Below are positions 1 through 21,720 of a stretch of DNA of 64,000 nt, piece after piece (position 1 is the stretch's first letter; each line of letters opens with the position of its first letter). This stretch comes from the human T2T-CHM13v2.0 reference genome, Homo sapiens. Under the pieces are notes generated by a model. The model worked only from the letters and a program-made list of their open reading frames with translations, was not told the DNA's origin and ran no database searches. The translations under genes were made by a program, and so were the position numbers. The stretch lies in NCBI RefSeq assembly GCF_009914755.1, contig NC_060934.1; one strand, 5' to 3'.

Positions 1-236
1 ACCTGGCTAATTTTTGTATTTTTAGTAGAGGCGGGGTTTCACCATATTGATCAGGCTGGTCTCAAACTCCTGACCTCAGGTGATCTGCCTACCTTGGCCT
101 CCCAAAGTCCTAAGTTTACAGGCGTGAGCCACTGCACCTTGCCTATATATTTCTTAAAAACTACTTTCTTTTGATGACAAATCAGAAAAGTAGTTAGCTG
201 AATGAAGGTAGAAATTCATTTTAATTGCAATATTAA

Positions 237-389
<153 letters not shown>

Positions 390-783
390 TAAATGGGAAT
401 TTTAAATGGTAGAAGAATGGTGTTTATAAGGAAAAACATCTGAGAGAATGGAGAAAACCAGGAAGCTGGACTCTCCCTGTCTCCTTCTCCACTCTTCCTC
501 TTGAGTGATGTAGTCAGCTGGATGCTAAGGAGGAGGAACACTCCATGGGCTCTATGAATCTCAAACATTTCTGAATATAAAATATTTCCAAGTGTTTATA
601 AGCTTTTCCTAGAGTATCGTCCCATGACGAAGCTGATCTTCCTTCTCAATTCAGCATAGAAAATAAGGGTAACCTGAGAAAGAAGCAATGGTAATAAATA
701 GACCCAGAGTATATTCTTCCAATAGGGGATTATTAAAAATAAATCTTGAAATTCTCTAATATTTCTTTTCTTTTTCTGTTAAG

Positions 784-972
784 TTGCTATAGCCCAAGGT
801 GGAACAATCCAGATTTCTAACCCAGGATCTGATGGTGTTCAGGGACTGCAGGCATTAACAATGACAAATTCAGGAGCTCCTCCACCAGGTGCTACAATTG
901 TACAGTACGCAGCACAATCAGCTGATGGCACACAGCAGTTCTTTGTCCCAGGCAGCCAGGTTGTTGTTCAAG
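784..972 (+). CDS. CREM: CREM exon G (glutamine-rich Q2 activation domain), 189-nt cassette exon
   Basis: Pyrimidine tract + AAG|TT acceptor and CAAG|GTATAT donor, phase 1-1. Translates (I)AIAQGGTIQISNPGSDGVQGLQALTMTNSGAPPPGATIVQYAAQSADGTQQFFVPGSQVVVQ, the CREB/CREM Q2 domain. Confidence 0.97.
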
Positions 973-2048
973 GTATATTTTATTAATCTAATACATTTAG
1001 AATACCTATGGATTACTATATCACACCATTGAGTGGTGATTTTATAGTTTTTTGAAATAGATCGAAGGTAGATGGTGGGGGGTTGGGAGGCACTTAAAAA
1101 GGCTTACAGAAGAAATATTTTAATACATTAAACAGCAAATTAAGTTTTATCATTTTTCGCCTTTTAGCAGGTTTTACTGGCTCTGGAGAAAGGCCAAATT
1201 CAGAGTAGCATGATAGAAAAAGAGAGATAGAAACATGAATGAATTTTTTTTTTTTTTTTTTGAGATGGAGTCTCGCTCTGGCGCCCAGGCTGGAGTACAA
1301 TGGCGTGATCTCGGCTCACTGCAACCTGTCTCCTGGGTTCAAGTGATTCTTCTGCCTCAGCTTCCCGGGGAGCTGGGATTACAGGCATGAGCCACCACGC
1401 CTGGCTAATTTTTGTATTTTTAGTAGAGACGGGGTTTCACCATGTTGGGCAGGCTGGTCTCAAACTCCTGACCTCAGATGGAGTCGTCCTGACCTCAGGT
1501 GGAGGCCTCAGCCTCCTAAAGTGCTGGGATTACAGACGTGAGCCACCGCACCCGGCCGCATGAATGAATTTTTAAATTAATTAGATATCCTTCATTTGGG
1601 GGTTGCAAATGTTGTACCTAATAGATTTCTATTACCTAATCTATGACAATTTAAGTATTCAGGCTATGATGCCCCAAATTTGTTTTTTTCCCTAGCTGTT
1701 ACTTTCAAGTCTAATTTCTAGGCAACTCATTTCAAAACAAATGCTGACTTTGGGTTTTTTGTTTTTTTTTGTTTGTTTGTTTTTTTGACTGACTGTTCTT
1801 AGTTGTTTGAATTCTGAAGTATCCATTCTAGCTCTTATGGAAGCTGTCAGTAATGAAATAAAAGTTGAGATGTAGCCCTAAGCTTTTAGGGTTACCTGAG
1901 ATTTCAACTGGATTTGCGTTATACATTATTTTAATTCAGTTGTGCCTATGATAACTGTAATAGATGTATTTAATACAGCTTTCAAAACTCCTGTGTTTTA
2001 ATTGAATTCTATTCCTCTTGGTCCATTCGCTTAGGATTTAGGATATAG

Positions 2049-2318
<270 letters not shown>

Positions 2319-2749
2319 TGAACTCCTGAGCTCAGGCAGTCCACCCACCTTGGCCTCCCAAAGTGCTGGGATTACAGGCAGCACTAACGTTAAGGAAAGT
2401 AAAATCAGTTATTTTAGTTCGAATGTCTTGCAGGTATGATAAGCATATTATAATTGATGAGTCTCTTGATAATTATACTCAGGTATTTTGGGGGTTAATG
2501 TGGACTATGGTAAAAGTGTGTGAAGAACTGAGGTGGTGGCATTTATGGAGTAAAAAATGCATAGTACAAACCCAGTACTTTAATGTTTTCTTGAAATGTA
2601 AAATGAAAGCCACCTGTTCTATTCCCCCCATACTCATGGACCATATTTATGTCTAGGTGAATAATCTTAAAGAATAATTATTTCTTCTCATTTTATCTTT
2701 GTTACATGGAAGAATCTACTGCAAACAACAGAGTTTTGAGAATTTTTAA

Positions 2750-4110
<1,361 letters not shown>

Positions 4111-4139
4111 CTTAGTGGCAGTGTTCCCTGCCCTCCTTC

Positions 4140-5830
<1,691 letters not shown>

Positions 5831-6342
5831 TGTTCTTCCTCTGAAAATGTGATTTGTTCTGTGTGCTGATTGACTTGAGATTAACTGGTCCAGGGAATAC
5901 ATTAAAACTACTAAGAGCAGTAATCAACTAAGCAACCCATTTCCCTTCTTTCTTTCCTTCCTTGCCTTTTTTTTCACACCAATATTTATTGAGCATCTAT
6001 GTGCCAATTTAAAGAAATGCTGACATAAAAATCAATTTCTTATTGATTTTCTGAAATTTGAAATAAAATTTACTAATAGCATTCTTGGACCCAAACCCTC
6101 AGGTGTGACTGGGACAGCAAAGAGTCCCTGCTGGAGCCCCAGATTGAGGTTGATGTCTAGGTGACCATCCAGGGTTCCTTACTCAGCCAAGATATCTTCA
6201 GCTGAATTGAAACCCTAACCCCATTGTCAGGTATCCTGGAGAATTACTAGAAACATGGACACTCCCTGAAACTTTACCTCCTGAGCATCTGAGGTGTAAA
6301 GTCCTTACCTTTACTGGAAGATGATTAAATTAAATACAGCTA

Positions 6343-6687
<345 letters not shown>

Positions 6688-7492
6688 TCAAAAAAAAAAA
6701 AAAAAAAAAAAAAAAAGACAAAAGGTCTCAGTGGCATGTCACTTATTTTTTTGCAGTGGAAATGCCAATAATTTTTTTCCAGGCTATGGTCTGTTCTATG
6801 GTTGAACATTCGCCCATTTTTGTGTCTAACCTTATAATCACTGAATTTCCTATAATGATCCAGCTCTCTATGTGCCAAGCCTTCATTAAGTGATCCAAAT
6901 AAAATTTGACATTTAAAAAAAATGTACAAATAGTAATTTTGATTTATTTATGAATTTTAAAAATCCCAAATGTCTTTTCAGGGGGTTTTAATCTGGGAAA
7001 ATAAGGTATTAGATTGAATCACATGAAACTGCTATTTTTGTAGGCCAGAAAGTTCAAATATCAGCAAGTTCATGTGATTCAATCTAGTAGTTATGGGAGA
7101 ATACTACATAATACTTGCTCCATTGGCACAGTGAATTTTTAAAATTTAATTATCTACTCCCTTTAAGTGAAAGTAGCAAATTCTGTATCACCTTAGGAAG
7201 AGTTGGATTTTTTGATGGTGTAGCAAATGGCTCAGCAAATAAAAATGTTAAGTGAACACAGGTGGCTGGATATTTCTTGGTGAGTTTAGAAGTGACTATG
7301 AAATATGGTATTTCTTTGCTGATAGTCAATGTGTTTTTTTTTTTTTTAAATCTCCAAGTGTTTTTTCTCTTATGAGTTAGGAAATTATGTTGGGTTTATT
7401 CTCCCTTAGTTTACCTAGAAGCCTTGGACACAACAATAATAAAGAAGTAGCCCTGTAAGATACAATCATGTAACTTTTAATGCTAAAAGAGA

Positions 7493-7493
<1 letters not shown>

Positions 7494-7523
<30 letters not shown>
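7494..7523. repeat. (ATT)10 microsatellite upstream of the ICER promoter
   Basis: Ten perfect ATT units, ~125 bp upstream of the first CARE. Confidence 0.95.
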
Positions 7524-7648
7524 TGCTAGAGCCCACCTCAAACAGATTTCTATGTAAAAATGAGAAACAAGAGCATTAAGATGGTTTATTACAGGAAGAG
7601 TTTTTATAGGGCTTGGGTTTCAGTGAGCTCGCCTGTGACAAAGCAAAT

Positions 7649-7687
7649 TGATGGCAGTGATAGGCTAGTGATGTCATTGTGATGTCA
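7649..7687 (+). promoter_or_regulatory. CREM: ICER promoter P2: four cAMP autoregulatory elements (CARE1-4)
   Basis: TGATGGCA 7649-7656, TGATAGGC 7658-7665, TGATGTCA 7669-7676 and TGATGTCA 7680-7687, in two pairs ~100 bp upstream of the ICER ATG. Matches the known P2 layout. Confidence 0.92.
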
Positions 7688-7784
7688 GTCCTCCTGCTTA
7701 TCCTGCACATGCTTGCTAATTTGGAACACTTTATGTTGAACTGTGGTAGAGGAAACAAGACAGTTCTGTCTGCAGAAGCCCATT

Positions 7785-7809
7785 ATGGCTGTAACTGGAG
7801 ATGACACAG
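7785..7809 (+). CDS. CREM: Coding part of the ICER-specific first exon (MAVTGDDT + 1 nt)
   Basis: attATGG strong Kozak context; ATG GCT GTA ACT GGA GAT GAC ACA G|GTAAGA. Phase 1, so it joins exon gamma or H in frame. Confidence 0.96.
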
Positions 7810-8035
7810 GTAAGAATGTTAAAGAGGGGTTTTCAGTTAATTGTGCAGATTGTTTTGAAGTTTAGGAAGTATTCAGGAACATCTGAGTGTTTCAGAAAGT
7901 GTTACTCTCCTAGTCACTTAGGTGTAAGACTTTTTTTGAAATATACATCTATATATTCAGCTCACTTTGTTAGGGCATCTTAGTGTGATTGTTTCTTTGC
8001 TCAATATTCTATTGCTTGCTTGACTGAGGCACTAA

Positions 8036-8127
8036 TCCTCTCTTCCTCCCTCTATCCTCCCTCCCCTCCTCCCCACTCTTCCCCTCCTCTTCTCTTCCCC
8101 TCTCCTCCATCTCTGTGTCTCTCTTTC
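8036..8127. repeat. CT-rich polypyrimidine low-complexity tract
   Basis: ~90 nt almost entirely C/T, lying between the two intronic promoters. Confidence 0.85.
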
Positions 8128-8370
8128 ATATGCATACCATTCTGCCCTACTAAAATAAGCTGTTACTTCATAGGCAACCTGTTGCAAATTCAATCTAGCC
8201 GCAGATTAAACATACAGTATATACCGTTCATGTTCTGATTTCATTACTGTGGACAAATGCAGCTCCAAACAGAATAGGAAAAACCCGCGTGTTATGGATG
8301 TTTGTGTGCCTACTTGTTTCTTTCCTCCTGTATTTAAAATGGTCTGTTCAGCTAATTGAGTTCAAAAGGC

Positions 8371-8470
8371 TGATGTCATTACATTTCCTGGAATCGTATT
8401 TCAGCAGGGGAAGTGGAAAAGTTAAAACTCCAAGCGAGCTGCACATTGACGTCAGCTCCGAGTCATGTTG
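8371..8470 (+). promoter_or_regulatory. CREM: Second intronic CRE promoter (probably the 'small ICER'-type promoter)
   Basis: TGATGTCA 8371-8378, TTCCTGGAA (STAT GAS) 8385-8393, GGAAGTGGAAAA ~8409-8420 and a perfect CRE TGACGTCA 8447-8454, ahead of a downstream exon with a canonical donor. Confidence 0.75.
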
Positions 8471-8657
8471 TGATTTAGTCAGTTCCTTTCCGCTTTGTAA
8501 AATGCTGCTGACAGATTTAGAGTTAACTAGCTCACCACTGCCTCTGCCTCCAAGCTGCCTTTTAGACTGAATAGCTTTTCTTGTTAGCCCTACTTTAACA
8601 TTTCTTTTGAAGTGGTTGTCTGCTTGAAGAGGGAAACACGTCATGAAACTGTAATGC

Positions 8658-8694
8658 ATGAACAGAACTCAGGAGTTGTCTGGCCAGCTTAGTG
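8658..8694 (+). CDS. CREM: Coding part of an alternative CREM first exon (MNRTQELSGQLS + 1 nt)
   Basis: ATG AAC AGA ACT CAG GAG TTG TCT GGC CAG CTT AGT G|GTAAGA. Phase 1, in frame with gamma/H. I recall this N-terminus from annotated short CREM isoforms. Confidence 0.75.
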
Positions 8695-9437
8695 GTAAGA
8701 TCGAGCCTCCTACTGAGGCCGTCCCTGCATGCGCCTGGTGAGAAATGGATTATGTATTGTATAAGCTGGCGGGTTCTTTACTCTTACTCCATCCTCTTAC
8801 TCCATCTATAGGAACTTGCGATTCAGAGCTCCTCTAGTGTTCAGTCAGGGAAGTGCTTGTCTTTTACTTGTTCTCCCAGCCTCTGGTATTTAAATTTGTA
8901 ATCGGTAATTTTTCACTAGGTTTGCTTTTCTCAGTAACAAAGAGTGATTTTGGAAGACTTAGTTACTAATAACCTTTGTGTGCTTGCAGTGTTGTTTATT
9001 CAGTGGTCTTGTTTGTAATACAGTACTGAATTTGCAGTTGAATTAAGAGTTTTAAACAACTTCACTACAATTTAGCTCTTCGAAGTTAATGGGTCTCAGC
9101 CCTCTTTGTGGATAGGAACATTGGATTGTCTTGAGTAAGTAAAACCTGTATTACATTGTTTTTAAAACTGTCTTGAGGAACTATTTTTTTCTCGAAGTTT
9201 TGTGAAGTTCTAGAGATGCTATAGACTGCAGAACTCAAATGATGAATTTATTATAAGACATAGATGAACTTAAAATCATCTCAAACACTGCATGTCATAT
9301 GATTCTTAGAACCAGAAGGCACTTTTGTACATATATTTTCTAAAAATTATTGGTTAATATCTTTCTTTACCAAGCCTTTCATTCCTATTACCCCTTTGAC
9401 TTGTCTAAGCATAAGACTCATAACAAAAAATAAATAA

Positions 9438-12874
<3,437 letters not shown>

Positions 12875-13934
12875 TAATTTCCCATCTTTTATATAGACTG
12901 ACTTATAGATTTTCACATACTGAACTTTAAAAGGTCCCTTATGTATAACTTACTTAGCTGGATTGTAATAATTTCATAATGTATGCATATGTGAAAGCAT
13001 CACATTATACACTTTGAGTATATACAGTTTTTGTCAATTATACCTCAAAGCTGAAAATATTTTGGTGAGTTAATTCTATGTGGTCTATGTGTTATAGTGA
13101 TTGTAGCAAATTTGAAAATGATCAGTGCTTAAATAGCCATTTTTATGTAGGGTTTAATTTTCACAGAGAAGGGAACGTTTTTGGCAGTGTGGGATACCAG
13201 GCATGGAGGTGTAGGATCTGGGTATTAGGAGCAGGTGGTGGTAGACAGGAAGAGAACCACAGCAGTGGTGGTGATGTCAGCAGCTTACCAGAGCTAGGGA
13301 TAGAAGCCCCCCACTTAGAAGTGTGACATCTAAGTTAACCTCTGCTGCTTACTTAAAGGTGTATTTAGGATTAGTGCCATGCTGTGAAATGGCATATGAA
13401 AACAGGAACTCTCTATATAAAAATGTTTTTTATTCAGTCTTTGTGCTCAGTACTACAGATATCTTAATAAACAATTGAATAAAATCACCATCATTTGGGG
13501 TGTTGAGAAATCGTTTCACTTTGGAAGTTACCAACATAGGTACTTGGCTGGGTTTCTTATTTATTTCTTTGTTTCCTACTCTCACTTGTGGGTTTTTTTT
13601 TCAGTTTTCTTCTTCCCAGTCTGATGAGAGTATATCTTTGGCCATTTGGGGTTCTATTATAAATGATTGCATACATTGAAAAGGATATCTTACATTATCT
13701 TTAATGTATTCTCTAAAGGAATATAACGATATATAATTTTATAAGTTTTTAATAGGCATATTTTTTAACAAAATAAGGAATAAGAGCCATAAATTTGGAT
13801 TCCCTGGGTTTGTCAGAAGGGAAACTCCAGGGGGAAATGTATTTATGGATGTTATATGCGTTTTAACTAATATACGGTATAAGCATAACTTGGAACGTTG
13901 TCTTTCAGAACTTAAGGAGGGGAAGAGGAAGGGA

Positions 13935-14140
13935 ACTAACATTTGTGGAGTGCCTGCCATGTGCCAGGCACTGTGCTAGACACTTTGACATACATTGTAG
14001 GGTTTATTGTGAGTATTAAATGAGATACTGTATCCCCATTTTACAGATGAGGAAACTGAACTTGCCCCAAGTCACATGGCTGGTAAGTGGCAGAGCTGGA
14101 CTAGAACCCAGACTCCAAACCCCATGCTTTTTCTGCTGTA
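13935..14140 (-). mobile_element. MIR SINE (antisense) containing exon gamma
   Basis: MIR hallmarks: atgtgccaggcactgtgcta..., tatccccattttacagatgaggaaactga, acttgcc..gtcaca..gtaagtggcagagctgg..gaacccag. Confidence 0.9.
14047..14082 (+). CDS. CREM: CREM exon gamma, 36-nt cassette exon (DEETELAPSHMA)
   Basis: TTTTACAG|ATGAGGAAACTGAACTTGCCCCAAGTCACATGGCTG|GTAAGT, phase 1-1; matches the known 12-aa gamma segment. Confidence 0.95.
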
Positions 14141-15023
14141 CCGTGTTTAAAGCTTGCAAAGAGAGATATGTAGTTAATGACCAAAATTGAGAGTTCTAGG
14201 AATTTTCTTTTCCCATGAAATATTTGATACTGAACCTAAAAAAAAAAAAATGCTTTCATGTCAGGAGCTAGATGGAAGCACATCATAATGAGAACGCCTT
14301 TGCTTTTAAAATGCTATGTTAGACTTATCTAAAGTGCATCTAAGGAAAATTTAAGAAATAATGCCTTTTATCAAGAAAGGCCACTTTGAAGAGACACATC
14401 GCATCTTGTAGGGCTTTCCATGTCTTAGAGGTAAAGGTTTAGCTATAATAATGTAAGTTTATAAGAAAGACTGCTTATTTTAAGCATTCTAAATGACAGC
14501 AGGCTTGTGCAAAACCCGAGGAAGTTCAAATTTTACTTCATACAGCACACATTAACTCATGAAACACCCATTATATGCCAAGTATGTGCTAGATTCTAGG
14601 GGTTTCTGGGGTTAAAAAGATACTATCCCTGATTTGTCTTAAAGTTTTTGCTTTCCTGAGAATAAAGTTAGTGTACAAATATCTTATAATCTTTCTTCAA
14701 TCATGATTGTTAATTCCCCACTGATAACCCATATATTTTCAAAATATGAAAATTCTAGAATAAAAAGTAATTTAGACACTTTCAGTAGTTAAATGGGACA
14801 GGAAGTGGCCTTTATAAGAATACAGGAATAGCAGTGTGTCATCAGAGAATGCAGGATGGTCTTTGAACTGTGATCCTTGGTGTCTTATCTGCTTTAAATT
14901 TCCACTGAGTTCATAATATTGGAAATTTGAAGCTAACTAAGATAAATACTTTTTATAACTTGTTTTAAAATTAAAACTTGTGACATTTAGATTTTCTCAA
15001 AACAAGAGATTATCTTTGTATCT

Positions 15024-20379
<5,356 letters not shown>

Positions 20380-21129
20380 TTACAGTTTTCATAAGCCATT
20401 TCTCCCAAGTTACATGTTGTGTGGCATTTCATGTAGGTTTGTGCTCTGTGTGTGTTATTAGATTGTCTTCCAGTCAGAATTCCTGGCTGTTAAACTATTT
20501 CATCAGCAGGAGTTACATCCCTATGTTGTAAGGGTGATGTCCAAAAGATACAGTAATTTTTAAAAATAATGATTAAAGGACTTTGTTAGAAACAAAGAGC
20601 TATTTTGTATTTAATATTTGCTGTGAAGTAGGTGATAAGTCGAATTTTTTAGCTTCTCTCTGAGAAAAATGAAGTGTAAGTGAGGCGTTACTTTTCGACA
20701 TTTTCTACATGTAGTTTCCTTTTGTCTATTTTTTAACTTTTTTTCCTCTATTACACTGAAATACATATTTAATCTGATAAATTCTAGTCAAGTGCAAATA
20801 CAAAATAACAAAAAGAATTAAAATCATCCATGGCTCTAACCACTTAGGATACCTCCTATTATAGTCTATGTACTTCCAGTCAGCTCTCATTTTCTCTCAC
20901 TTTTTCTTGCTCCATATCTCTGTCATTTTATTTTTAAGCAACATATTATAAAATGCTATTTTCTAAAACTTTTTAAAAATTTAAACATAAATAAAATTTT
21001 ATTTAACTTGTATATTATTTATTGGTTTAGTTTTTATTATGAATAATGGTGCAAATTAATCTGATTTTCAAAAGGAACAGAATTGTCTTAGAGTTTCCCA
21101 GTAGTCTTGTCACCTTAGTCCTAATGTCA

Positions 21130-21430
21130 AATAATGTCCTCATTGTGTGCAGCCAGGACAGAGATTCAGCAGTGTTATCAAGGGCCCAGACTCCCGCTCC
21201 CGGCTGTGTCATCTTCAGCATGTATCATTCATTCTCATGATCACAGCGCGGCTACTGAACCTCTAGGCATTGCCTCAGACAGGAAGAAGGGCTAGAGCCA
21301 AAAATTGGGGCTAGCTGAGGTCTGGCCCAACTGCAAACCTTTCCTGGAAGATCCTCCCAGCAACTTTCACCTACATTTCATTGGCTAGAAATAGGTCTTT
21401 AGTCCCTAGCTGTACAGGATTCTGAGAAAG
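21130..21430 (-). mobile_element. Old MLT1 (MaLR) LTR fragment
   Basis: MLT1-like motif ...cccagcaactttcacctacatttcattggctagaa...ccctagctgtaca. Confidence 0.5.
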
Positions 21431-21499
21431 GTTTATTTTCGCTTTCTAAATCTCAGTTTCAGAGCAAGACAAGAGAAATGCAGATGATACCTGGCTGTT

Positions 21500-21720
21500 A
21501 GGTTGCTCATTATCTGTTTAGCAGATTTTAAGTGCTTTATTTCTACTGTGTGTTTAATGCTTACATGAGAATAGGTGATTATTATGCCCAGTTTACAGAT
21601 GAGGACCAGAAGTTCAGAGATGTTAAGGAATAAGTTGGTCAAGATCACATGGCCCAAACTGGGCAGAACCAGGATGGGCAACCGGGCAGTCTTTATTCCA
21701 GAGCCTGTCCTCTATACCAG
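21500..21720 (-). mobile_element. MIR SINE (antisense) in the H-Ia intron
   Basis: attatgcccagtttacagatgagg...ttaag...caagatcacatggc core. Confidence 0.8.

Noticed and set aside
13272-13279. Isolated TGATGTCA identical to CARE3/4
   Set aside because: A single octamer without supporting context is expected by chance in 64 kb.
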